Of a DNA stretch of 64,000 nucleotides, positions 28,540-37,699 are shown in pieces. Position 1 is the stretch's first letter. The number at the start of each line of letters is the position of its first letter. Location of the stretch: the NCBI GenBank assembly GCA_900299145.1, contig OMIN01000098.1, positions 6,081 to 70,080 of the forward strand. Direction: 5' to 3'. Made by a program: the position numbers and the translations under genes. Source of the DNA: Betaproteobacteria bacterium (GTDB lineage: Bacteria > Pseudomonadota > Gammaproteobacteria > Burkholderiales > SG8-41). A model generated the notes under the pieces. That model saw only the letters and a program-made list of their open reading frames with translations. It did no database searches and had not been told where the DNA came from.

Positions 28540-29448
28540 TCACGCCGCCATTTTCGCGGCCAGCGCCTTCGCCGCGCGCGAGGCAGTCGGCTTGCCGAGC
28601 ACGCCGCAAATAAAGTCACCAGCAGCGATGAGCTTTTTCATGTCGACGCCAGTTTCGATGCCGAGCCCATCAAGCAGATACAGTACGTCCTCGGTGGCGA
28701 CGTTGCCGGTAGCGCCCTTGGCATAAGGGCAGCCACCCAGGCCCGCCACGGAGCTGTCGAAAATCGTGATGCCGCACTCGAGCGCCGCGTAGATGTTGGC
28801 AATCGCCTGGCCGTAGGTATCGTGCACGTGAATCGCCAGCCGCTCGATGGCAATGTGTTTGGCGACGGCTTCGATGGCGGCGCGCGTCTTGCCCGCGGTG
28901 CCGGTGCCGATGGTGTCGCAAATGGTGATCTGCTCGCAGCCGATCTGAGCCATGGCTTGCGCCACGTTCGCCACCGCTTGTGCGCTGACTTCGCCTTCGT
29001 ACGGGCAGCCCAGACACACGGAGATGTCGCCGCGCACCCTGATGCCGTGCTTTAGCGCTTCATCGCACACTTCGGAAAAACGTGCGACACCTTCGGCAAT
29101 CGTGCAATTCGTGTTCTTTTTCGAGAATGCTTCGGTCGCGGCGCCAAACACCACGATCTCCTTCGCGCCCGCGGCCATTGCCGCGTCCAGCCCCTTGCGG
29201 TTGGGCACCAGTACCGGGTACGACACGCCGGGCTTACGCTGAATGCCTGCCATCACCTCGGCGTTGTCGGCCATCTGCGGCACCCACTTGGGCGACACGA
29301 ACGCCGTAGCCTGCACCGCGGGCAGCCCCGCGTCCTGCAAACGATGGATCAATTCAATTTTCGCGGTGGTGGGCACCGGCTGCGCTTCGTTTTGCAGGCC
29401 GTCGCGCGGGCCGACGTCGACTAGGGTGACTTTTTTGGGTAGAGGCAT
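28540..29448 (-). CDS. liuE: hydroxymethylglutaryl-CoA lyase
   Basis: VTLVDVGPRDGLQNE N-terminal motif, a TIM-barrel lyase pattern, and the liu context. Confidence 0.92.
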   Translation of the reverse strand: MPLPKKVTLVDVGPRDGLQNEAQPVPTTAKIELIHRLQDAGLPAVQATAFVSPKWVPQMADNAEVMAGIQRKPGVSYPVLVPNRKGLDAAMAAGAKEIVVFGAATEAFSKKNTNCTIAEGVARFSEVCDEALKHGIRVRGDISVCLGCPYEGEVSAQAVANVAQAMAQIGCEQITICDTIGTGTAGKTRAAIEAVAKHIAIERLAIHVHDTYGQAIANIYAALECGITIFDSSVAGLGGCPYAKGATGNVATEDVLYLLDGLGIETGVDMKKLIAAGDFICGVLGKPTASRAAKALAAKMAA

Positions 29449-29483
29449 GGTTGCTCCTGAAATGCAGAAGAAATTTCGACGCG

Positions 29484-29543
29484 GACTTACGCAGATTTAC
29501 GCGGATTCTTGCCGCGGTTAATCCGCGCTAATCTGCGTAAGTC
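29484..29543. repeat. 60-nt imperfect palindrome (24-nt arms with 2 mismatches, 12-nt loop)
   Basis: GACTTACGCAGATTTACGCGGATT-CTTGCCGCGGTT-AATCCGCGCTAATCTGCGTAAGTC, in the 100-bp liuC-liuE spacer. Confidence 0.85.
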
Positions 29544-29548
29544 GGCGT

Positions 29549-30394
29549 CTAAGGTTTTCGGGATTTCTTTTTCGCGGGCCTTTTCGGTTCCACCCAGTTG
29601 GGCTTGCGCTTCTCCAGAAACGCGCTCAAACCTTCCTGCCCTTCGGGCGTCGCGCGTATGTCCGCGATACGCCGCGCCGTTTCATCCGTCAGGCGCTGAT
29701 CAATGACGCCGCAGGCATTAAGATCAATCAACCGCTTTGCCGCCGCCATCGCGCGCGGGCCGCTGGAATACAGTTGCGCCAGCATGCCGCCGACGGCGCT
29801 GTTCAATTCCGCTTCTTCGACGATGTCGTGAACGAGGCCGATGCGCCACGCTTCGGCGGCGTCGAACTCGGCGCCGCTAATCATGTAGCGCCGCGACTGC
29901 CGCGCGCCGATGGCGGCGATCACGTAGGGGCTGATCATTGAGGGAATCACGCCGATTTTGACTTCAGACAGTTTGAAGGTTGCCGTGCGCGCGGCAATGG
30001 CGATGTCGCACGCAGCCACCAGCCCTACGCCGCCGCCGCGCACTGCGCCGTGGATGCAGGCGATGGTGGGCTTCGACAGGCGGTAGAGTGTATTGAACAT
30101 GCGTGCCGATTCCTGCGCGGTTTTGACATTCTGTTCGCGCGAGAATTTCGCACTGGCTTTCATGTGCTTGATATCCGCGCCGGCGCAAAAACTCGGCCCC
30201 GCGCCCAGCAGTACCACCGCGCGCACCTTCGCATCGGCATCGAGTTTTTCGAGCGCCGCCGTCAGTTCACGCGTGGTCACCGCATCGAGCGCGTTGTGCA
30301 CCTCGGGCCGGTTCAACGTGATCGAGGCGTTGCCGTCGGCATCGATGCGGGTAATCACGCCTGTGCTGACGCTGGCGGGGGCTTTCTTGCTCAT
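29549..30394 (-). CDS. liuC: methylglutaconyl-CoA hydratase (enoyl-CoA hydratase family)
   Basis: Crotonase motifs (LLGAGPSFCAGADI, ACIHGAVRGGGVGL). It sits between the MCCase beta subunit and HMG-CoA lyase genes and has a basic C-terminal tail. Confidence 0.85.
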   Translation of the reverse strand: MSKKAPASVSTGVITRIDADGNASITLNRPEVHNALDAVTTRELTAALEKLDADAKVRAVVLLGAGPSFCAGADIKHMKASAKFSREQNVKTAQESARMFNTLYRLSKPTIACIHGAVRGGGVGLVAACDIAIAARTATFKLSEVKIGVIPSMISPYVIAAIGARQSRRYMISGAEFDAAEAWRIGLVHDIVEEAELNSAVGGMLAQLYSSGPRAMAAAKRLIDLNACGVIDQRLTDETARRIADIRATPEGQEGLSAFLEKRKPNWVEPKRPAKKKSRKP

Positions 30395-30492
30395 GCAATA
30401 TCCGTGAAATCAAAGAGTAAAACGCCAAGCGATTATACGCGTCAGCCGCGCACCGATGCCTTACGTCACACGTTTCAGGCCACGCGCTTAGG

Positions 30493-32109
30493 CTACATGC
30501 GAAACACGCCAAATCGCGTCGGCTCAATGGGCGCGTGGGCAGCCGCCGCCAAGCCAAGCGCGAGCATGCGGCGCGTGTCCTGCGGCGCGATGATGCCGTC
30601 GTCCCACAGCCGCGCGGTGGCGTAGTAGGCGCTGGACTGGCGTGCGTATTGGTCGAGGATTGGCTGCTTAAACACGGCTTCTTCCTCGGCGCTCCATGTA
30701 GTTACACCGGCCCCCGAGTTTTCGAGCGCGTCGCGTTTTACTTGCGCCAGCACCCCGGCGGCCTGTTCGCCGCCCATCACTGAAATGCGAGCGTTGGGCC
30801 AGCTCCATAAAAAGCGCGGGCTGAAGGCGCGGCCGCACATGCCGTAGTTGCCCGCGCCAAAACTGCCGCCGACGATGACGGTAAATTTCGGCACATTGGC
30901 ACACGCCACCGCCGTCACCATTTTTGCGCCGTCTTTGGCGATGCCGCCGGTTTCGGCCTTTGCGCCGACCATGAAGCCGGTGATGTTCTGCAAAAACACC
31001 AGCGGAATGCCGCGCTGGCAACACAGCTCGACAAAGTGTGCGCCTTTCACCGCCGATTCTGAAAACAGAATGCCGTTGTTGGCGACAATGCCCACCGGCC
31101 AGCCGTCAATGCGCGCAAAGCCGGTGACCAGCGTTGCGCCGTAGCGCGCCTTGAATTCGTCGAACTCGGAACCATCCACCACGCGCGCGATGATTTCGCG
31201 CATGTCGAACATCGCGCGCGGATTCACTGGCACAACGCCGTCGAGCTCGGCGGCATCGAGCAGCGGCTCGCAAGCGGCTTCGCGGCTAATATATAAGTAT
31301 CTGTTTTTATTGATGTTTTTAATGGCGTTTCGCACAAGCTGCAAGGCGTGCGCATCGTTGTCGGCCATGTGATCGGCGACACCCGACAGGCGCGTGTGCA
31401 CGTCCGCGCCACCGAGCGCCTCACTGGTGACCACTTCGCCGGTGGCCGCTTTTACCAGCGGCGGGCCGGCAAGAAAAATCGTTCCCTGATTTTTGACGAT
31501 GATGGCTTCATCACTCATCGCGGGCACATACGCGCCGCCAGCGGTGCACGAGCCCATCACACACGCGATTTGTGCAATGCCCGCGGCCGACATGCGCGCC
31601 TGATTGTAGAAACTGCGGCCGAAGTGCTCGCGGTCCGGAAACACCTCGTCCTGACTCGGCAAATGAGCGCCACCGGAATCGACCAGATAAATGCAAGGTA
31701 AATGATTTTCGTGCGCCACTTCCTGCGCACGCAATTGCTTTTTCACCGTGAGCGGAAAAAACGTGCCGCCCTTCACCGTGGCGTCATTGGCGATGATGAC
31801 GCACGCCGTGCCGCTGACGGTGCCGACACCGGTGATAATGCCCGCAGACGGCACCGGCTCGCCGTAGACCTCGTGCGCGGCGAGCGGCGACAGTTCCAGA
31901 AACGGCGTGCCAGCATCGAGCAAGCCCGCAACACGCTCGCGCGGCAGCATTTTGCCGCGTGATATGTGTCGCGCGCGCGCGGCTTCACCGCCGCCTTGCA
32001 TCGTGTTGGCAGTGATCTGTTCCAGCTGCGCAATGCGTTCACGCATGGCGTCACGCGCGGCGGAGAAATCCGCGCCGGCGGTCTTGAGTTTGCTTTTGAT
32101 GACGGGCAT
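30493..32109 (-). CDS. liuB: methylcrotonyl-CoA carboxylase carboxyltransferase (beta) subunit
   Basis: Collinear along its whole length with LiuB/MccB as I recall it (e.g. [55 protein letters not shown]). Confidence 0.95.
   Translation of the reverse strand: MPVIKSKLKTAGADFSAARDAMRERIAQLEQITANTMQGGGEAARARHISRGKMLPRERVAGLLDAGTPFLELSPLAAHEVYGEPVPSAGIITGVGTVSGTACVIIANDATVKGGTFFPLTVKKQLRAQEVAHENHLPCIYLVDSGGAHLPSQDEVFPDREHFGRSFYNQARMSAAGIAQIACVMGSCTAGGAYVPAMSDEAIIVKNQGTIFLAGPPLVKAATGEVVTSEALGGADVHTRLSGVADHMADNDAHALQLVRNAIKNINKNRYLYISREAACEPLLDAAELDGVVPVNPRAMFDMREIIARVVDGSEFDEFKARYGATLVTGFARIDGWPVGIVANNGILFSESAVKGAHFVELCCQRGIPLVFLQNITGFMVGAKAETGGIAKDGAKMVTAVACANVPKFTVIVGGSFGAGNYGMCGRAFSPRFLWSWPNARISVMGGEQAAGVLAQVKRDALENSGAGVTTWSAEEEAVFKQPILDQYARQSSAYYATARLWDDGIIAPQDTRRMLALGLAAAAHAPIEPTRFGVFRM
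31293..31322 (-). repeat. AT-rich dispersed element copy inside liuB coding sequence
   Basis: Minus-strand reading is TTAAAAACATCAATAAAAACAGATACTTAT. It encodes ...[12 protein letters not shown]... in frame. Confidence 0.9.
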
Positions 32110-32140
32110 GGCGGTGAGCCTTGGGAAACGTCAGGGTAGG

Positions 32141-32644
32141 TCAGTTCTTCGCCAGTTCGGCTTCGTACAGGGCGAGCATGTTGGCGTCGAAGCACGCAAA
32201 AATGATCTTTTCAAAATCGTCGGCGGCCGAACGGCACTCGCGTACAGCGATGGCTACCGCCTCGGCCAGCGGATAGCTATACACACCGCAACTAATTGCA
32301 GGATAAGCTATTGTTTTGATTACATTATTTTTAGCCAACGCGAGCGTTGAGCGATAACACGAAGCCAGCAATTCCGCTTCGCCTGCATGCCCGCCGTGCC
32401 ACACCGGGCCAGGCGTGTGAATGACAAACTTCGCCGGCAAGCGGTAGCCGCGCGTGATTTTTGCCTGCCCGGTTTTGCAGCCGTTCAACGTGCGGCATTC
32501 GGCCAGCAGTTGCGGCCCCGCCGCGCGATGAATCGCGCCGTCGACCCCGCCGCCACCCAGGAGCGATGTGTTGGCGGCATTGACGATGGCGTCGACGTTT
32601 AGGGTGACGATATTGGTTTGCAGGGCGAGCAGTTCAGCAGGCAT
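32141..32644 (-). CDS. macro domain protein (O-acetyl-ADP-ribose deacetylase, YmdB-like)
   Basis: [26 protein letters not shown] and [11 protein letters not shown] motifs. Confidence 0.9.
   Translation of the reverse strand: MPAELLALQTNIVTLNVDAIVNAANTSLLGGGGVDGAIHRAAGPQLLAECRTLNGCKTGQAKITRGYRLPAKFVIHTPGPVWHGGHAGEAELLASCYRSTLALAKNNVIKTIAYPAISCGVYSYPLAEAVAIAVRECRSAADDFEKIIFACFDANMLALYEAELAKN
32303..32334 (-). repeat. AT-rich dispersed element copy inside the macro-domain gene
   Basis: Minus-strand reading is CTAAAAATAATGTAATCAAAACAATAGCTTAT. It shares AAAAATAATG plus the core with the copy at 21459 and encodes [10 protein letters not shown]. Confidence 0.8.
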
Positions 32645-32770
32645 GGGAATTTTCTAAAGCTCTGAATTCCCCATCTGTCGTTCCCCCGCAAGCGGGATCC
32701 CGTAACACACGCGCCTCATGCACGTATGGTTGGATCCCCGATTTCGCGGGAATGACGGCTGGTCGTGATA

Positions 32771-33373
32771 TCACCAAGGCCCCTTCTCCAGCCATCGCGC
32801 CACCTGGTCCAACCTATCCGCACCCCAGAAAGGTTCGTTATCGACCACCACGTAAGGCGAGCCAAACACGCCAGCCGTGATGGCGGCATCGACCGCTTTG
32901 CGAGTGGTGTCCTTCACCGCATCGCTATTCATGGCATCCAGTATTTCGCCTTCAGCAATGCCGAGCGTCTTCGCCACGGCAGCCACGGTTTCTGGTTTGG
33001 AAATATCCTGATCTTCCACAAAGAACGCGCGAAGACACGCAAGCGCCAATGCTTGTGCCAGAGCGGCATCTTTTTCATTCAACCAGTAAAAAGCCCGCGT
33101 CGGCGCGACGCCGTTGATCGGGAACTTCGACGGCATTGTGAGCGGCAGCCCCATGAAGCGCGCCGACCGCGCGATGTCGCGCACGGCGTAACTGTCTTTC
33201 ATTGGAATCAGGGTCAGCGGCTTTTGCCCGTTCACCTTGAACACCGCGCCGAGCAGAATGGGCCGCCAGTTCACCGCGCGGCCATGTTTTGCGGCAAGCG
33301 CGTTGATTTTTTCGGCGGCGAGGTAGCCGTAGGGTGAGGAAAAATCAAAATAGAAATCGATAGCTTGTGCCAT
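32771..33373 (-). CDS. 2-hydroxychromene-2-carboxylate isomerase / DsbA-like thioredoxin-fold protein
   Basis: IDFYFDFSSPYGYLA N-terminal motif. The ATG at 33373 is preferred over the longer ORF. Confidence 0.8.
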   Translation of the reverse strand: MAQAIDFYFDFSSPYGYLAAEKINALAAKHGRAVNWRPILLGAVFKVNGQKPLTLIPMKDSYAVRDIARSARFMGLPLTMPSKFPINGVAPTRAFYWLNEKDAALAQALALACLRAFFVEDQDISKPETVAAVAKTLGIAEGEILDAMNSDAVKDTTRKAVDAAITAGVFGSPYVVVDNEPFWGADRLDQVARWLEKGPW

Positions 33374-33401
33374 GATGATTCGCTCAATCCTTTCAGTCGA
33401 T

Positions 33402-34505
33402 TTAACCCTTGAGTGAAGAAAGACGCGCAATGGCCTCCAGCGTTTCGGCCTCCAGCCGAGCCACCAGTTCCGCCGTCGGCATTTCACGCGCCAGCGGTGC
33501 GGCCTGCCCCGCCCACATCGACATAAAATCCGGGTTGCCGGCCTTGGCGGATGCCGCGCGCAGCGGGCCGGTCAGCGTGTTTTGTGCGGGGAAGGCCAGT
33601 TGTGGCGCGCCTTTGCCATCCATCGCGCCGTTCATCTCACGCATGTAGCGGTTGGCGAGGCCACGCGCCGGTTTGCCGGAGAATTTCTCAGTCACCATGG
33701 TGGTGTCTTCGCGTGCGGCTAGCAGGTGTTGCTTATGCACTGCCGGCGCGCCGCTTTCGCTGCACGGTATGAACGCCGTGCCGAGTTGCGCGCCTTGCGC
33801 GCCGAGCGCGAGCACGGCGGCGATGCCCGCGCCATCCATGATACCGCCTGCCGCCACCACGGGAATGTTCACCGCACGCACGATGAGCCGCGTTAACGCC
33901 AGCGTGCCGGTCATGGTCTCGTAGGCGCTGCGCAGATACGAGCCGCGATGGCCACCGGCTTCTGCGCCTTGGGCGATGATGAAATCCACGCCGAGTGCTT
34001 CCAGATGCCGGGCTTCTTCGACGCAGGTGGCGCTGCCGCCCGTTTTGATGCCCTGTTCGCGCAGGCGTTGCAGGCGCACCGCGGGCAAATCGCCCAGGTG
34101 AAACGTCAGTACTTCGGGCTTCAAGTCTTCGATGAGATTCAGCTGAGCGTCCAGATCGGGCGCGTGAGGCGCTTTCACCGGCTGCGGCGTGGGCAGCCCC
34201 AATGCCGCGTAGTACGGCGCGACAGCGTTGATGGCGTCGCGCTGCGTGGCGGCGTCTATCGGTGCGGGCTGCGCATTGACGAAAAAATTGGCGTTGACGG
34301 GCGCCTTGGTGAGCGCGCGCACGGCTTCAATATCGCGCGCCATGGCTTCGGGTTGCGTGTAGGCAAAACCGAACGAACCGAGTGCGCCGGCATTGCCCGC
34401 CGCCGCCACCAGCGCGGGCGTGGTAATGCCGCCCGCCATCGGCGCCTGAATAATGGGTAGACGGGTGCCAAGCAGTTGGGTGAGTGCATTGCTGAGTTTG
34501 GGCAT
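33402..34505 (-). CDS. nitronate monooxygenase (NMO/2-nitropropane dioxygenase) family protein
   Basis: LPIIQAPMAGG and VVAAGGIMDG FMN TIM-barrel motifs. Confidence 0.88.
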   Translation of the reverse strand: MPKLSNALTQLLGTRLPIIQAPMAGGITTPALVAAAGNAGALGSFGFAYTQPEAMARDIEAVRALTKAPVNANFFVNAQPAPIDAATQRDAINAVAPYYAALGLPTPQPVKAPHAPDLDAQLNLIEDLKPEVLTFHLGDLPAVRLQRLREQGIKTGGSATCVEEARHLEALGVDFIIAQGAEAGGHRGSYLRSAYETMTGTLALTRLIVRAVNIPVVAAGGIMDGAGIAAVLALGAQGAQLGTAFIPCSESGAPAVHKQHLLAAREDTTMVTEKFSGKPARGLANRYMREMNGAMDGKGAPQLAFPAQNTLTGPLRAASAKAGNPDFMSMWAGQAAPLAREMPTAELVARLEAETLEAIARLSSLKG

Positions 34506-34536
34506 AATAAAAAAGTTAGATAAAACAGATGGTTAC
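34504..34536 (+). repeat. AT-rich dispersed element copy
   Basis: ATAATAAAAAAGTTAGATAAAACAGATGGTTAC. It directly abuts the minus-strand NMO start codon. Confidence 0.8.
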
Positions 34537-34869
34537 CAGTTTGCTCGGTCACGACAAGCCAGCCAAGCGCACCGCACGCCACGATGGTAGCGCGGGCGCG
34601 CGTGGCTGCACAGAGGCTGGAGCTTGGGGTGGATTACCGCGCTGGGCTGCAAGTCAGCGTGTCGAGAAATGCCGGCTTTTACACTGACCCTTGCATGCCA
34701 CGAATTGTCTAAAGTCCCTTGCCATGGCCACATCGATGCAATGCACCGGTTGCGGCGGCCTCTGCAAGCTGTGCTGTCACAGTTTTTACGCTGGCTCGCG
34801 CCAAAGCATCCTCACTGCCGCAAAGCACGCCTGTGATACAGTGAAGCAGAACATTCGCGGGAGAATCTC

Positions 34870-35268
34870 ATGATTATCGAAGGTGGCTGCCATTGTGGCG
34901 CGGTGCGTTACCGCATCGACGGTGACGCTATTACGCATGCGTTGTGCCATTGCACCGATTGCCGTCGCCACGCGGGCGCGCCGATGGTCGGGTGGACAAT
35001 GTATAAGGCGGGCGCGTTCAAGCTTACCAAGGGCAGCGTGAAGGTCTATGCGTCGTCCGAGCATGGGCGGCGTCACTTTTGCGCCGATTGCGGCACGGGG
35101 TTGTACTACATCAACGAAAAAATTCTCCCTGGCATCATCGACGTGCAAAGCGCAACGTATGACAATCCTGATGCGGTGCCGGCGCGAGTGCATATCCAGA
35201 TTGCAGATCGTATCGGCTGGATGGAAAAAGCGCACGAGTTGCCGATGTTTGAACGATTCCCTTCATAA
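34870..35268 (+). CDS. GFA family protein (glutathione-dependent formaldehyde-activating/CENP-V-like)
   Basis: GGCHCGAVRY, CHCTDCRR and FCADCG zinc-Cys motifs. Confidence 0.88.
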   Translation: MIIEGGCHCGAVRYRIDGDAITHALCHCTDCRRHAGAPMVGWTMYKAGAFKLTKGSVKVYASSEHGRRHFCADCGTGLYYINEKILPGIIDVQSATYDNPDAVPARVHIQIADRIGWMEKAHELPMFERFPS

Positions 35269-35283
35269 CCCCCATTCGAGGAC

Positions 35284-36336
35284 ATGATGTTTGGCAGTAC
35301 GCCACGGGTGATGGGCGTTTCCGGAGTGACAGGCAGGTCAATAGTTCGCGCGTTGATGCTGGCGGCTTTGCTCGCGGTTTCGATTTTGGCTGGCCCGCAG
35401 CTCGCGAACGCACAACCCGCCAACGCACAATATCCCGCGCGCCCCATTCTGCTGGTAGTGCCGTATTCCGCCGGCAGCGATGCCGACTTGGCCGCGCGCA
35501 ATCTCGCGCAGCATGCCCCGCGTTTTCTCGACGGGCAGACGCTGGTGGTCATGAACCAGCCGGGCGCTTCCGGCGCGGTGGGCACGCTGGCTGTGCGTAA
35601 CGCCGCGCCAGACGGCTACCACCTGCTGCTCACGCGCATTGCGTCGCAGGTCATTCTGCCGGCAATGGACACAAAAACGCCGTATCGCTGGGACGACTTT
35701 ACGTTTTTGTCGGTGCTCGAATTGAACCCCTACGTGTGTGCCGTGCGCGGCAATGCACCTTACGCGTCGATGAAGGATTTGCTCGCGGAGATCGGCAAAC
35801 AGCCCGGTAAACTCAACTTCGCCACCGTGGGCGAAGGCACGATACAGAATTTCGGCCCACAGTATCTGTTCAGTCTCGCTGGACTGCCAAAAGACGCGGC
35901 GGTGGGCGTGCCGTACAAAGGTTCGGGCGAGATCACCACGTCGCTGCTCGCCGGGCAAACCCAGTTTGCGTGCAGCAACCTGGGTGCGTTGCTGGGGCAG
36001 TTTCGCGCGGGCACGTTGCGCCCGTTGATGACCACCACGCGCGAACCGCTGAAGGATTTGCCGAATGTGCCGACCGCGCGCAGTCTCGGCTGGCCGGATA
36101 TGGAGCGCCTTGCCGCGTGGTCAGCGCTGGCGGCGCCAGCCGGCTTGCAACGCGAAGCGGCTACGCGCTGGGCAAACGTGCTCGCGCAACTCGCCAAAGA
36201 CCCGGCGTGGCTTGCGGGCGTGGCCAAGCTCGGCGGCCTCCCGGCGGTCCGTACTGCCGCTGAAACGGAAAGGTTTGTGCGCGACCAGTACGAGTTATAC
36301 GAGAAGCTGGCGAAGCAACTGGGATTGCGGCAATAG
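35284..36336 (+). CDS. Bug family (TctC-like) substrate-binding protein
   Basis: YPARPILLVVPYSAGSDAD and VPYKGSGE motifs. Confidence 0.85.
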   Translation: MMFGSTPRVMGVSGVTGRSIVRALMLAALLAVSILAGPQLANAQPANAQYPARPILLVVPYSAGSDADLAARNLAQHAPRFLDGQTLVVMNQPGASGAVGTLAVRNAAPDGYHLLLTRIASQVILPAMDTKTPYRWDDFTFLSVLELNPYVCAVRGNAPYASMKDLLAEIGKQPGKLNFATVGEGTIQNFGPQYLFSLAGLPKDAAVGVPYKGSGEITTSLLAGQTQFACSNLGALLGQFRAGTLRPLMTTTREPLKDLPNVPTARSLGWPDMERLAAWSALAAPAGLQREAATRWANVLAQLAKDPAWLAGVAKLGGLPAVRTAAETERFVRDQYELYEKLAKQLGLRQ

Positions 36337-36459
36337 TTCACTGCGGGGTTCTCAATTTGCACGCGCGCTGCCGGAAACGTTGCCCGGCCGGCTAAGTGCT
36401 GCGATACTGCTCGCCCACACTGCCGCGGCAGGTTGTAGCGCCGGTGTAACGGAACAGGA

Positions 36460-37515
36460 GTGACCATGCACCTCTTCCAGCAGCACGCCCCCGCCGACGC
36501 CGACGAGGCTGTCGCGCAAATTCCCGTCATCGATTTTGGCCCCTATTTCGCGGGCGCAGCGGGTGCGCTTGCGCCGTTGGCACAAGCCGTGCGCGATGCC
36601 TGCGAGCGCGTGGGCTTTTTCTACATCGCGGGCCATGGCGTGCCTCACGCGCTGATCGATGGCGCCTTTGCCGAGTCGCGGCGCTTTCATGCCCTGCCGC
36701 TGGAGGCGAAACTCAAGCTCTCGCTTGATCAAAATAATGTCGGCTATCTGCCGATGAACGCCAGCACGCAGCGCCATTCCACTGTGCATCAGGCAACACG
36801 CCCGAATGAAAATGAATCGTTCTTCGTGATTGTTGACCGCGCAGCGGATCATCCCGACGTGCTCGCAGGCAAGCCGCTTCGCGGCCGCAATCAGTGGCCG
36901 CAGCCGCCTCATGAACTACCCGGCTTTCGTGAAAACGTGAATGCGTACTTCACTGCGATGAATGCGCTGGGTCAGCGCATGTTGCCCGCGTTCGCCGTGG
37001 CGCTGGGCATGCCCGCCGATTATTTCGAGCCGCTGTTCGCCGATGACCCGCACGCCACACTGCGCATGCTGCACTATCCGCCCACCTCCGGCGTGGACAA
37101 CGCGTTTGGGCAAGGCCCGCACACCGACAACAGCTTTCTCACCATTCTTGCGCGCATGGATGTGCCGGGGCTGGGAGTGCAGTTGCCGTCGGGCGAATGG
37201 GTTGCGCCGCCGCTGATACCCGGCACGTTTCTGGTGAACCTCGGCAACGTCATGCGCCGCATGTCGAACGACCGTTTTCGCTCCACGCCGCACGGCGTGA
37301 TTGTCGATGGCCGCAAGGATCGCTATTCGCTCGCCTACTTCCACAGCCCCAACCCTTATCGCACGATCGAAGTGCTGCCGTCCTGCATCGACACCGGGCA
37401 TCCGGCGAAATACGCGCCGGCGCTATACGCGGACCTGATCCTCGAATTTTTTCGCGCGAACTACGCGCACCAGAAGGGTCACGCCACGGCGCAAATGCCG
37501 AATCGCTACGTTTGA
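36460..37515 (+). CDS. 2-oxoglutarate/Fe(II)-dependent oxygenase (isopenicillin N synthase family)
   Basis: IPVIDF N-terminal motif, HTDNSFLTIL (HxD) and RFRSTPHGV (distal His/Arg). Confidence 0.85.
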   Translation: MTMHLFQQHAPADADEAVAQIPVIDFGPYFAGAAGALAPLAQAVRDACERVGFFYIAGHGVPHALIDGAFAESRRFHALPLEAKLKLSLDQNNVGYLPMNASTQRHSTVHQATRPNENESFFVIVDRAADHPDVLAGKPLRGRNQWPQPPHELPGFRENVNAYFTAMNALGQRMLPAFAVALGMPADYFEPLFADDPHATLRMLHYPPTSGVDNAFGQGPHTDNSFLTILARMDVPGLGVQLPSGEWVAPPLIPGTFLVNLGNVMRRMSNDRFRSTPHGVIVDGRKDRYSLAYFHSPNPYRTIEVLPSCIDTGHPAKYAPALYADLILEFFRANYAHQKGHATAQMPNRYV

Positions 37516-37557
37516 GTAGACGCGGGGCGTGCACGCGCCGTGGCGCGGTGAATGGGC

Positions 37558-37629
37558 TTACTGCGTAGCAGAGCGCATTTCACGGCCAATCAACCACCGT
37601 CGCATCCCCGAAGTGCCTGCCCCAATGTG
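37558..37629 (-). pseudogene. 22-codon remnant of an acyl-CoA dehydrogenase 3' end
   Basis: The minus strand reads [23 protein letters not shown], which parallels the C-terminus of the adjacent ivd gene ([20 protein letters not shown]). Confidence 0.6.
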
Positions 37630-37699
37630 GCTACGGCCACCGCTACGCGGCCTAACGTGCGCTACACGCGCGCTAGGCTACGCCGATTGGCGCTGGCAA

